Assembly (NCBI GenBank): GCA_036261885.1
Contig: DATAJY010000009.1
Coordinates: forward strand, 52,814-116,813
Length of the DNA stretch: 64,000 nt
Source of the DNA: Thermoanaerobaculia bacterium
Lineage (GTDB): Bacteria; Acidobacteriota; Thermoanaerobaculia; Gp7-AA8
Reading direction: 5' to 3'
Notes under the pieces: generated by a model
The model's input: only the letters and a program-made list of their open reading frames with translations
Told to the model about the DNA's origin: nothing
Database searches by the model: none
Shown here: piece after piece, positions 1 through 8,706 of the stretch
Numbering within the stretch: the first letter of the stretch is position 1
Layout of the letters: each line of letters starts with the position of its first letter
Translations under genes and position numbers: made by a program

Positions 1-41
1 CTCCTGCGGGCGATCGGCAGGAACCTGGCGCACCGGCGCCG

Positions 42-953
42 ATGATCTCGTCGGCCGAGGAACTTCCGAACGATTCCATCAAACCGGTGCTCACGAAGGC
101 ATTCTCCGTGACGACGCTGCGCAATCCGGTGGCCGTCGTCTATGACGACGCTCAGGACGTCTATTTCGTCTCCAACGTCAACGGCTCGCCCGCCACAAGA
201 GACGGCAACGGCTTCATCTCCCGCATTACACCCGACGGCAAGGTCGACCAGCTGAAATTCATCGATGGCCTCGATGCACCGAAAGGTCTGGCCATCCGCG
301 GCGCGGAATTGTGGATCGCCGACATCGATCACGTGCTGGTCTATGACCGCGTCACCGGCGCGCGCAAGAGCTCGTTCGATCTCACGCCGTTCGGCGCGGT
401 GTTCCTCGAAGACATTGCCGTCGGGCCGAATGATCTCGTGTACGTCACCGATACCGACGTGACCATCAAAGGGCAACGCGAACGGGTGCGGACCGGCGAT
501 GGCCGCATTTTCCGCGTCGACGAAGATGGGGACATCGAAGTGGCCGCGCGCGGCGAAGAACTGCGCTCGCCGAGCGGCATCGCCTGGGACGGTACACGCT
601 TTCTCGTCGCCCAGGCGTACGGCAATGAAGTGCTGGCGTGGAATCCCGGCATGCGCCCCACGGCCGTCTTACGCGGCCCCGGCGCCTACGACGGCATCGT
701 GATTCTTCCCAGCGGCGCGGTGATCGTCTCCAGCCATTATGACGACGCGCTGCACGTGGCGAAGAACGGCGTGCTCGAGCCTCTGTTTGCGCGACGCCCC
801 TCGCCCGGAGACCTCGGGTTCGACACGAAGAGAAATCGCCTGCTCATTCCGTCGAGCGATGGCGACTGGCTCGAAGCCTGGACCCTTCCTCCCATGACGC
901 CCACCCAAACGACCTCGGCGCGCGATGGAGCGCTCGAACTGGCGAAATACTAG
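42..953 (+). CDS. beta-propeller protein with SMP-30/gluconolactonase/LRE-like (NHL-like) repeats; reading frame is open to the window edge, so the true start may lie upstream
   Basis: 303-aa ORF with repeated beta-strand blades (DAPKGLAIRG..LWIAD, LVYVTDTD, IAWDGTRFLVA); no stop between position 3 and the ATG at 42. Confidence 0.5.
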   Translation: MISSAEELPNDSIKPVLTKAFSVTTLRNPVAVVYDDAQDVYFVSNVNGSPATRDGNGFISRITPDGKVDQLKFIDGLDAPKGLAIRGAELWIADIDHVLVYDRVTGARKSSFDLTPFGAVFLEDIAVGPNDLVYVTDTDVTIKGQRERVRTGDGRIFRVDEDGDIEVAARGEELRSPSGIAWDGTRFLVAQAYGNEVLAWNPGMRPTAVLRGPGAYDGIVILPSGAVIVSSHYDDALHVAKNGVLEPLFARRPSPGDLGFDTKRNRLLIPSSDGDWLEAWTLPPMTPTQTTSARDGALELAKY

Positions 954-1726
954 AACCTCCCGAGGGCCCGCTCCTTGACCGGCAGGATCTCGAGACACGT
1001 CGTCCACCAGCCGGTCAGGATCGTTTCGACGAACTGTTCCGGCAGTTGTTCGCTCCGCATTTCCGCGGCCAGTGCGTGATGGTCGTAATGCACCGGCACG
1101 AATTCGACCGACAGTGCGTCCGCGACGTCGACGATCGTGTACCAGACGTTCGTTCGCCCGTCATTGGCGGGCCGCCCGATCACCCCGGCATTGATGACGT
1201 GCTTTCCGTCGCGTAAGGCCTTGTGCCAGTGCAGGCCGGTATGCGTACAGACGAGCACGTCGGCCTCGGAATCGCGGCAGAGTTTTTCGAGAAACGGCTC
1301 GGGCGAAGTCGAGCGCCAGAGAAATTCATTGATGGTGCGCGGGGAACCGTGTACGAGCAGGAAGCGCAGGCCGCCCGCCGTAAAGCGGATTTCGCGTGGC
1401 AGCGTGCCCATCCATTCCTTGTAGGCCTCGCTGGTATTCGCGAACGTGTAGTCGTAAGAGATCTGTGCGTAATGATTGTCGCGCGGATCGGTATAGCCGC
1501 AATGGCAGTCGTCGGCGTGCGTCGAGAGCGACTCCTCGTAATTCCCCTGAATTCCCGGAATGCCCCGCTCGAGGAGCAGTTGCGGGATGCGATCCGGGTA
1601 TGGGCCGAAGGCACCGAGGTCGCCGAGAAAATAGACGCGCTCGATGTGGCGCGACGCGATGTCGTCCAGCGTCGCCGTGAGCGCGTGGTAATTCGAGTAA
1701 ATGCCGCCGATGAACGCGATCTTCAC
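950..1726 (-). CDS. calcineurin-like metallophosphoesterase (YfcE/MPP family); likely GTG start at VKIAFIGG
   Basis: MPP motifs: GDLGAFG, GNYEE, VLVHGSP and VLVCTHTGLH; the upstream part of the 335-aa ORF is Arg-rich junk. Confidence 0.7.
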   Translation of the reverse strand: MKIAFIGGIYSNYHALTATLDDIASRHIERVYFLGDLGAFGPYPDRIPQLLLERGIPGIQGNYEESLSTHADDCHCGYTDPRDNHYAQISYDYTFANTSEAYKEWMGTLPREIRFTAGGLRFLLVHGSPRTINEFLWRSTSPEPFLEKLCRDSEADVLVCTHTGLHWHKALRDGKHVINAGVIGRPANDGRTNVWYTIVDVADALSVEFVPVHYDHHALAAEMRSEQLPEQFVETILTGWWTTCLEILPVKERALGRF

Positions 1727-1776
1727 GGGCGCGAGTGTACCTTGGACGCGGGAACCGGTTTTGCCGTATTGACGGC

Positions 1777-2259
1777 ATGTTCCGGTGGATACTCCCCCTG
1801 CTCCTGATCCTCTCGCCCGCGCTCTCCGCGCAAACCCACATCGCCGCCGGAGTCTCCGGCGGATTGCAGTCTTATGCGAACGAGGAAGACGATCCGCGCG
1901 TGCTCGCCGGTGGCGAGGCTCTCGTGCAGCGCGGGCGGTTCGCCATTCACGCCGCATTCGAATACGCCGATCTGTCGAGCGGCGGCGCGCTCATCGCCGT
2001 GCATCCGGACCTCGCCTTCGTCTCGAATTTCGCCGATCGCTGGACGTTTCTCGCCGGCGCCGGTCCGACGATCATCAACATCGAGAGCCTCTCGGACGAC
2101 CGGACCTGGAACGTCGAGCTCGAGCTCGCCCGCCGTTTCACGCACGCCGATGTTTTCGCGCGCGTCCGTCATTACGACTATGAGGCGGAAGGGTTCCGCG
2201 CGTTTGCCAGCCCGAGCGGACCGGTGGTCTCGATCGGCGCGCGCTTCCAGATTCATTGA
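1777..2259 (+). CDS. small outer-membrane beta-barrel protein (OmpW/OmpA-like porin family) with signal peptide
   Basis: N-terminal signal MFRWILPLLLILSPALSAQ, alternating hydrophobic beta-strands, C-terminal aromatic residue (..GARFQIH). Confidence 0.55.
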   Translation: MFRWILPLLLILSPALSAQTHIAAGVSGGLQSYANEEDDPRVLAGGEALVQRGRFAIHAAFEYADLSSGGALIAVHPDLAFVSNFADRWTFLAGAGPTIINIESLSDDRTWNVELELARRFTHADVFARVRHYDYEAEGFRAFASPSGPVVSIGARFQIH

Positions 2260-2687
2260 AAGCGTTTCGTCATCAGCTGTCGTGAATGTTCGGCGAATCC
2301 GCGGCGTATGTAGAGACGCTTCGCCGCTTCGTTCGTGAATTCGACCTCGAGGTGGAGCGCGCGAATGCCATGCTCGCGGCAGACGCGCTCCGCCTCATCG
2401 ATCGCCGCGGTGCCCAGACCGTTGCCCCGCGCCTCCGGGACGACGTAGAGCTCGTCGAGAAAGGCATCGCGCCCGCCGAATTCGACGCTGAAGCCGAACG
2501 CCACAATGAAATACCCCGCCGATTCGTTCATCAGCAGGACCCGCCCCAGCGCGGCATTCGTCAGAACCTCGCGCAACGCCGCTTCGAACACCTCCGGGCG
2601 ATAGGAATACCCTTCTTCTTCGTAAAACGCGCGATGCATGCGCAGCAGTTGTGAGAGATCGTCGGGTGTGGCCGTACGGAAGGTCAT
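2253..2687 (-). CDS. GNAT family N-acetyltransferase
   Basis: acetyl-CoA-binding motif RGNGLGTAAIDEAE and C-terminal YIRRGF; start taken at MTFRTATPDD. Confidence 0.75.
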   Translation of the reverse strand: MTFRTATPDDLSQLLRMHRAFYEEEGYSYRPEVFEAALREVLTNAALGRVLLMNESAGYFIVAFGFSVEFGGRDAFLDELYVVPEARGNGLGTAAIDEAERVCREHGIRALHLEVEFTNEAAKRLYIRRGFAEHSRQLMTKRFQ

Positions 2688-2749
2688 CGTGAGCGCTGCA
2701 TTGTAGCGGCCGTGCGGCCCCGGCCTCATGCCCGCCGAGGACGCGCGCC

Positions 2750-3184
2750 TCACAGACTCTTATCGAACGTCTTCTGCGTTTTCGTCACCGCATAGCCGAG
2801 GCGCTCGTAAAACGTGTGTGTCCGCTCGCGGACCACGTTGCTGCGGACGCGCATGCGTGCGAGGCCGCGTGCACGTGCCCACTCTTCCGCGGCAGCAACG
2901 AGACGCGCGCCGATGCCGTGCGAGCGCAGCGGCGCATGGACCACGAGTCCACGGATCTCGACATACGAGCCGGTCTCGATCGAGAGCACTTCCGCGAGGT
3001 GCATCCAGCCGGCGGTCTCGCTTTCGACTGTTGCGACGAGCACGGCATCGCCCGCGCTCGCGGAGACACGCGCGAGACGTGCACGCATCTCCGTTTCCGT
3101 CGATGGATAGCCGAGCTCGCCCGCGAGCATCGCCAGGGCCGCGGCATCGTCCAATGTCGCGTTGCGAACCATCACGTCCGGCAT
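2750..3184 (-). CDS. GNAT family N-acetyltransferase
   Basis: motif RSHGIGARLVAAAEEWA and YERLGY; start at MPDVMVRNATLDD, which overlaps the stop of the upstream radical SAM gene. Confidence 0.75.
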   Translation of the reverse strand: MPDVMVRNATLDDAAALAMLAGELGYPSTETEMRARLARVSASAGDAVLVATVESETAGWMHLAEVLSIETGSYVEIRGLVVHAPLRSHGIGARLVAAAEEWARARGLARMRVRSNVVRERTHTFYERLGYAVTKTQKTFDKSL

Positions 3185-4032
3185 GTCACTCCATCCACCC
3201 AGCATGTGTGGCAGGCGCCGTATTTCAAGGGAAATTCTCGCAGTGTTCCGGCGAGCGTCTCCCCCATCCGCGCTTCCGGCTCTTCGATGAGAATCGGGCA
3301 GACATAGACGCCTTTGCTCGTGATCATGCGGCACGAGGAGCATTGCAGCGTCGCCGCTTCCGCACCGGTCAACGACTCATTCGTCAGCCGTTCCCAATCC
3401 TCGTACGCGCGTGTGCGCGTTTCCTCCGCGCCGATCCGGAAGAGCGACAGCACTTTCAGACGCGGACGTTCGAATCCGAATCCGCGAATGAGCTCCAGGA
3501 ATCGCGCGCGTCCCGCTTCACTGCCGACACCCTCCGCGGCGGTGGTCACGGTAATGACCGGATTGAGTCCCGCCTCCGCCAGATTGCGCAGCCCGAGCAT
3601 CACCCGATCCCAAACGCCCGCGCCGCGAATGGCATCGTGCGATTCGGCGTCGAAGCCGTCGAGACTGACGCGCAGGTCGAGCGAATACTCACTCGCATCG
3701 AACAGAGCGCGCAATGCGCGGCACGTTTCGGGACGCAACAGCATTCCGTTCGTCAGCACCGTGGCCGGTCCCTGTTTCAGCGTCGCTTCGAGAATGGCCA
3801 GCATGTCGCGATTCATGAACGGCTCGCCGCCGGTGAAGTAGTACTCGCGTACGCCGAGCGCACGCGCTTCGCCGAGCCACCGCTGCACCTCCGCGAGCGA
3901 GAGCATTTCGTGGGAGCGATTGCGCGGCGACGACGAGATGAAGCAATGCGTGCACTCGATGTTGCAGAGCGTTCCGGCCACCTGGAACCAGAGCGTATCG
4001 AGGGCGAGCAGCGGAACGGAGGGATGGGTCAT
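3172..4032 (-). CDS. radical SAM protein with C-terminal Cys-rich domain (rSAM/Cys-rich, selenodomain-type family)
   Basis: CNIECTHC = CxxxCxxC radical SAM cluster motif; GGEPF SAM-binding motif; C-terminal cysteines QCSSC...VCP...ACHTCW...TC; 4-nt overlap with the upstream FAD oxidoreductase gene. Confidence 0.8.
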   Translation of the reverse strand: MTHPSVPLLALDTLWFQVAGTLCNIECTHCFISSSPRNRSHEMLSLAEVQRWLGEARALGVREYYFTGGEPFMNRDMLAILEATLKQGPATVLTNGMLLRPETCRALRALFDASEYSLDLRVSLDGFDAESHDAIRGAGVWDRVMLGLRNLAEAGLNPVITVTTAAEGVGSEAGRARFLELIRGFGFERPRLKVLSLFRIGAEETRTRAYEDWERLTNESLTGAEAATLQCSSCRMITSKGVYVCPILIEEPEARMGETLAGTLREFPLKYGACHTCWVDGVTCRT

Positions 4033-5171
4033 AAGGAATCGAGAATCGTTTCGAGCTGCGATAAGCCGGTCTGCAATAAGAACCCATTCGACCGGCCATA
4101 AGAACGGGAACCGACGAAAAAGAAGCCCGGCTCGCCCGATTGCAGGTCAGCCGGTTTCACGGGAGGGACGGAAAGACAATCGGTGATGTTCGAAATGGCC
4201 TTGTAGAGACGGCCGCCGCCTTCGGTGATCGGCGAGACTTCGACAGCCAGCTCGGATAGAAATCGATGATCGGGTTTGTAGCCGGTGAAGGCGGCCACCG
4301 CATCCGCCTCGATCACGCGGCCGCCGGTCAGCGCGACGACGACAGGACCGTTGTTCTGCGCGACGCTTTCGATCTGCGCTTTTCGTTCGACACGCAGAAA
4401 CCGCGGCGGCGCCTCGGCCAGTGCGTTCGCCTTCGCGACGACGCTCTGGCGCTCCGGCAGCGGATCGTTCATCACCTCTTCGCATGGTCTGCGATTCGCG
4501 GACCGCACGGCCCAGACGACGCGCGTCGCCGGCGCTTCCGTGGCCAGTTCCTCGAGCATCCCGATGGCATTCGCGGCGGAATGACCGTCGCCCAACAGAA
4601 GGATGGTTTTGTCGCGCAGCGATTCTCTGGCGGCGTTCAATTCGCCGAGAAAACGAATGGCCGGGCGGGACAAGCGCGACTCACCGCGCGCCGGCAGGCC
4701 GCCGACGCCCATCGGCCGCGGCACGACGAGACCGCCGCTCGCGTCGAGAATGATTTCGGCCTCGAACGATTCGTCGTTGTCGCACAGCACGCGGAACGGG
4801 CGCTCTGCGCGCAACGGATGATGGGCGTAATCGCTGCGCGTGAGACCGCGCCGTCCGATGGCGATGACGTTCATCCCGGTGCGCACGCGGCCGCCCAGCG
4901 GCGCACGCCGCGTCAACGGCAACAGCACGCGTTCGACGTATTCGGGACCGGTGAGCAGCGCATCATCGGCCGGCAGGGCATCGCCGAGGATTTCGCGCAT
5001 CGGCGCAGAAACATTCATCTGCAACGGCGAGAAAAATCGCGTGGGGCCCCAGGTGCGCAGGGACGCACCGACCTCTCCCCGCTCGAGCACGATGACGTCG
5101 TGCCCGCGCGCGGCCGCGCCGAGGGCGGCGGCGATTCCCATCGGCCCGGCGCCGATGACGAGCACGCGCAT
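4029..5171 (-). CDS. FAD/NAD(P)-binding oxidoreductase (flavin monooxygenase-like)
   Basis: N-terminal Rossmann fingerprint MRVLVIGAGPMGIAAALGAAARGHDVIVLER; second dinucleotide motif LLLGDGHSAANA. Confidence 0.7.
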   Translation of the reverse strand: MRVLVIGAGPMGIAAALGAAARGHDVIVLERGEVGASLRTWGPTRFFSPLQMNVSAPMREILGDALPADDALLTGPEYVERVLLPLTRRAPLGGRVRTGMNVIAIGRRGLTRSDYAHHPLRAERPFRVLCDNDESFEAEIILDASGGLVVPRPMGVGGLPARGESRLSRPAIRFLGELNAARESLRDKTILLLGDGHSAANAIGMLEELATEAPATRVVWAVRSANRRPCEEVMNDPLPERQSVVAKANALAEAPPRFLRVERKAQIESVAQNNGPVVVALTGGRVIEADAVAAFTGYKPDHRFLSELAVEVSPITEGGGRLYKAISNITDCLSVPPVKPADLQSGEPGFFFVGSRSYGRSNGFLLQTGLSQLETILDSL

Positions 5172-5503
5172 TACGACTCCTTGCGCGCGAGCGCGTTACA
5201 CGACTGCGCCCAGTGTGCGATCGTGCCGCCGCCGCGGATCACCGCCGCGACTCCGATGGCTTCGGCCATCTCTTCCGGACTGAAGCCGGCATCGCTGCAG
5301 GCCGACGAATACGAGTCGATGCAATACGGCTCCTGAATCGCGTACGCGACCGCCAGCGCAATGAGCTTCTTCGTTTTCTCATCGAGCGCGCCCGGCGCCA
5401 TGGTGGCGGTGTACCAGTTCAGAAACGCGTCCCAACCCTTCGGATTGGCCTTCGAGATTTCACCGAAGCGAGCGAGATCCTCGGAGAGGTAATAGCTGGG
5501 CAT
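5171..5503 (-). CDS. carboxymuconolactone decarboxylase (CMD/AhpD-like) family protein
   Basis: 110-aa protein with CMD-type helices (KKLIALAVAYAIQEPYCIDSY); shares 1 nt with the downstream gene start. Confidence 0.65.
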   Translation of the reverse strand: MPSYYLSEDLARFGEISKANPKGWDAFLNWYTATMAPGALDEKTKKLIALAVAYAIQEPYCIDSYSSACSDAGFSPEEMAEAIGVAAVIRGGGTIAHWAQSCNALARKES

Positions 5504-5621
5504 GGTCGGGTTCTCCTTTTCGAAATACGAACCGCCGGCGGCCTGGCCGCCGAGCGTGCGTGCGTGAATGGAGTGGTGGCGATGGTGCTGCCGCGCTCGG
5601 CCGCCGTCGCGGCGGCGTCAC

Positions 5622-6269
5622 TCACGCCGGTGGGGCGCGTGGGGCGAGTTGCAGCAGTGCGGGTGCGAACGGAATCGCGCGAATGAGCGGCACGTCGATG
5701 CGCACCGCAATCCAACCGCGCCACGCGCGCTCGTGTCGCGCGGCGTCGAGCGCCACACGGGAATCGACGTCGGTGATCGCATCGAGCACGACCAGCGATC
5801 CGATTCGTTCGCGGCAACGCGCGAGCGTCAGTTCCGAAAGCAACTCGCGATCGCACGTGGAGAACGCAATGAAGTTGATGCCGCCATCCCGCGCCGGGGC
5901 AACGACCGTGGCACCCGCCGCGACCGACTGCAGGACGGAAGCGAGACACGCCGGCGGTGGTGCATCGATCGCCGCAAGTACGATCGCATCGAAACGCGAA
6001 AGCGCATCGGACGACGCATTGGCCACTCGCTCTCCGAACGACGCGCCGCGCTGCGGCAGCCATTCGCGCGAGACCGACGGTGCGATGGCCGCGAGTGCGG
6101 CGAGGTCCGCTTCTTCGCAGGCGATGAGCGGCGTGGCCCCGGCCCTTGAAGCGGACTCGAGCCAGGCGGCGATTACACGACGAAACAGCGGCGCAGCGAA
6201 GCGCATCCCTTTCGCGGCTGCTTCCCGTTCCGGGCTGCGCGCGAACAGAACCACCGCCGTTCGTTTCAT
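5622..6269 (-). CDS. DUF2064-type transferase (rSAM/selenodomain-associated transferase 1 family)
   Basis: start at MKRTAVVLFARSPEREAAAKG..., the characteristic DUF2064 N-terminus; the ORF-track extension upstream of this Met is probably not coding. Confidence 0.65.
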   Translation of the reverse strand: MKRTAVVLFARSPEREAAAKGMRFAAPLFRRVIAAWLESASRAGATPLIACEEADLAALAAIAPSVSREWLPQRGASFGERVANASSDALSRFDAIVLAAIDAPPPACLASVLQSVAAGATVVAPARDGGINFIAFSTCDRELLSELTLARCRERIGSLVVLDAITDVDSRVALDAARHERAWRGWIAVRIDVPLIRAIPFAPALLQLAPRAPPA

Positions 6270-6293
6270 CAACGGCGCGAAGTGTACCTGCTT

Positions 6294-6307
6294 ATGACAT
6301 CGGTCAT
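6294..6307. promoter_or_regulatory. perfect palindrome ATGAC-N4-GTCAT in the divergent promoter region between the DUF2064/rSAM operon and qNOR
   Basis: seen in sequence: atgacatcggtcat; 59 nt upstream of the norB ATG and 25 nt upstream of the divergent gene. Confidence 0.3.
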
Positions 6308-6365
6308 GTGCGACGAGGCGGTGACTTCCTACCGTGGCTGCAGGGAAAAAAAGGAAGGGAGCATC

Positions 6366-8627
6366 ATGCAATACCGCAAGCTCTGGATCACACTCGGCAT
6401 CGTCGTTCTGGTGTCCTTCACGATTCTCGGCATCGCCGGCTACAAAGGCATCCAGTCGGCGCCGCCCATCCCGTCGAAAGTCGTGACCACCGACGGTGCC
6501 GTGCTCTTCACCGGGGAAGAAATCCGCAACGGACAGAACGTCTGGCAGTCTCTCGGCGGCCAGGAAATCGGCTCGATCTGGGGGCACGGCGCCTACGTCG
6601 CTCCCGACTGGACCGCGGATTACCTCCATCGCGAGCTCACGCTCATCCTCGATCGCTGGGGCTACGCCACGGCCGGCAGCGAGCAGCAGGCCGCGTTGCG
6701 CCAGCGTCTGCAGACGATGATGCGCACCAACACCTACAACCCGGCCACCGGCGTCGTCACGATCACGAAAGAACGGCAGCAGGCCTTCGAAACACTAGCC
6801 GCGCATTACGCGAGCGTCTTCGGCGCCGGCCGTCCCGAATACGCGATCGCGCGCGGCACGCTCACCGACGCGACGAAATCGCGCGAGATGGTGGCGTTCT
6901 TTTTCTGGACCGCCTGGTCGAGCGCCACGAACCGCCCCGGCAAGAGCATCACCTACACGCAGAACTGGCCGCACGAACCGCTCATCGATCTGAAGCCGAC
7001 CACGGCCGCGGTGATGTGGTCGATGATCAGCGTCATTCTTCTGATCGGCGGCATCGGCGCGCTGGTCTGGTTCTACGTCGCACACCGCGAGCCGCATAAG
7101 AACGACGACGAAGACGAGCTGCCGATCACCGATCCGCTCCTCGGCGCGAATCCGACGCCGTCCCAGAAGGCGACCATCAAATTCTTCCTCACTGCCGCGG
7201 CATTGTGGGTGTTGCAGATCGCGCTCGGCGCGCTCGTCGCGCATTACGGTGTCGAAGGGGCGTCGTTCTTCGGCATCCGCATCGATCACATCCTTCCGTA
7301 CAACATCGTCCGGACATGGCATCTGCAGCTCGGCATCTTCTGGATCGCCACGACGTGGCTCGCCACCGGTCTCTACATCGTTCCGGCGCTGGCCGGCAAA
7401 GAGCCGAAAGGGCAGCGCTTCGCGATCAACATGCTCTACGGCGCGGTCGTCTTCGTCGTGCTCGGCTCGATGACCGGCGAATGGCTCGGCATCAAACAGA
7501 AACTCGGCAACCTCTGGTTCTGGTTCGGCTCGCAGGGGTACGAGTACGTCGACCTCGGACGCGTGTGGCAGATCCTGCTCTTCACGGGACTCTGCTTCTG
7601 GCTCTGGCTGATGTGGCGCGGCGTCAAACCGGCGCTCGATCGCAAAGACTCCTCCCGCTCGCTGCTGATGCTCTTCACCGTCTCCGCGATCGCCATTCCG
7701 ATGTTTTATGGCGCCGGCCTGATGTACGGACAGCGCTCGCATGTCGCCGTCGCTGAATACTGGCGCTGGTGGGTCGTCCATCTCTGGGTCGAAGGGTTCT
7801 TCGAAGTCTTCGCCACGGTGGTGATCGCGTTCCTCTTCACGCGTCTGCGGCTGCTGCGAATCGAAGCGGCCACGAAGGCCGTGCTCTTCTCGACGATCAT
7901 CTTCCTCGGCGGCGGCATCATCGGCACGTTCCATCACCTCTACTTCACCGGCATGCCCGCCTCGATCCTGGCCCTCGGCTCGGTGTTCAGTGCACTGGAA
8001 ATCGTGCCGCTCTGTCTGGTCGGCTTCGAAGCATGGGAAAACCTCAAGCTCTCGAAGGGAACGCAGCGAGCGACGTGGGTTCCGGCCTATCGCTGGCCGA
8101 TCTACTTCTTCGTCGCGGTCGCGTTCTGGAACCTCGTCGGCGCCGGCGTGTTCGGCTTCCTCATCAATCCGCCGATCGCGCTTTATTACATGCAGGGTCT
8201 CAATCTCACGCCGGTGCACGGACACACCGCCCTGTTCGGCGTGTACGGCATGCTCGGGCTCGGTCTCACGCTCTTCTGCCTGCGCGCGCTTCGTCCGGGG
8301 TTGCAGTGGAAAGAGAAAACCGTCGGTGTCGCCTTCTGGCTGATCAACGGCGGTCTGGTGCTGATGGTCGCGCTGTCGATGTTGCCGGTCGGCATCCTGC
8401 AGGCGAATGCCGCGATCAGCGAGGGAGTCTGGTTCGCGCGCTCTGCCGAGTTTCTGCAGACGCCGCTGATGCAGAACCTCCGCTGGCTGCGCGCGATCGG
8501 CGATACCTGCTTCGCCATCGGCGCGCTGATGCTGGCGTGGTTCATGGTCGGCTTGCTCACCGGCCACTCCTACGACGTCACCACGGAAACGGAACCGGCA
8601 CCGAAAGGCGGCGTGCCGCAATACTGA
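6366..8627 (+). CDS. norB: quinol-dependent nitric oxide reductase, single-subunit qNOR (NorB/NorZ family)
   Basis: 753 aa; N-terminal TM plus periplasmic extension, then a 12-TM haem-copper-oxidase-like core with conserved His ligands (HLWVEGFFEVF, TFHHLYF, HGHTALFGVYGM); RBS ggaagggag before the ATG. Confidence 0.9.
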   Translation: MQYRKLWITLGIVVLVSFTILGIAGYKGIQSAPPIPSKVVTTDGAVLFTGEEIRNGQNVWQSLGGQEIGSIWGHGAYVAPDWTADYLHRELTLILDRWGYATAGSEQQAALRQRLQTMMRTNTYNPATGVVTITKERQQAFETLAAHYASVFGAGRPEYAIARGTLTDATKSREMVAFFFWTAWSSATNRPGKSITYTQNWPHEPLIDLKPTTAAVMWSMISVILLIGGIGALVWFYVAHREPHKNDDEDELPITDPLLGANPTPSQKATIKFFLTAAALWVLQIALGALVAHYGVEGASFFGIRIDHILPYNIVRTWHLQLGIFWIATTWLATGLYIVPALAGKEPKGQRFAINMLYGAVVFVVLGSMTGEWLGIKQKLGNLWFWFGSQGYEYVDLGRVWQILLFTGLCFWLWLMWRGVKPALDRKDSSRSLLMLFTVSAIAIPMFYGAGLMYGQRSHVAVAEYWRWWVVHLWVEGFFEVFATVVIAFLFTRLRLLRIEAATKAVLFSTIIFLGGGIIGTFHHLYFTGMPASILALGSVFSALEIVPLCLVGFEAWENLKLSKGTQRATWVPAYRWPIYFFVAVAFWNLVGAGVFGFLINPPIALYYMQGLNLTPVHGHTALFGVYGMLGLGLTLFCLRALRPGLQWKEKTVGVAFWLINGGLVLMVALSMLPVGILQANAAISEGVWFARSAEFLQTPLMQNLRWLRAIGDTCFAIGALMLAWFMVGLLTGHSYDVTTETEPAPKGGVPQY

Positions 8628-8668
8628 GATGTCATTCTGTGCCGCGCAGACGGCACGGCTCCCCCCAT

Positions 8669-8705
8669 AATGAACGGCGGGCTGCCTTGCGGCCCGCCGT
8701 TCATT
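8669..8705 (+). terminator. GC-rich hairpin (aatgaacggcgggc-loop-gcccgccgttcatt) without a T-tract, ending 1 nt before the MBL gene start codon; a terminator or translational occlusion structure
   Basis: seen in sequence: 14-bp perfect stem; it would sequester the region immediately upstream of the ATG at 8707. Confidence 0.35.
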
Positions 8706-8706
8706 C

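Noticed and set aside
3172-4032. Selenocysteine (in-frame TGA) in the Cys-rich tail of the radical SAM protein
   Set aside because: The reading frame is continuous with Cys codons. No in-frame TGA read-through is required to reach the 3' end that abuts the GNAT gene.
2728-4101. 457-aa plus-strand ORF across the GNAT/radical SAM region
   Set aside because: Arg/Ser/Pro-rich junk antisense to well-supported GNAT and rSAM genes.
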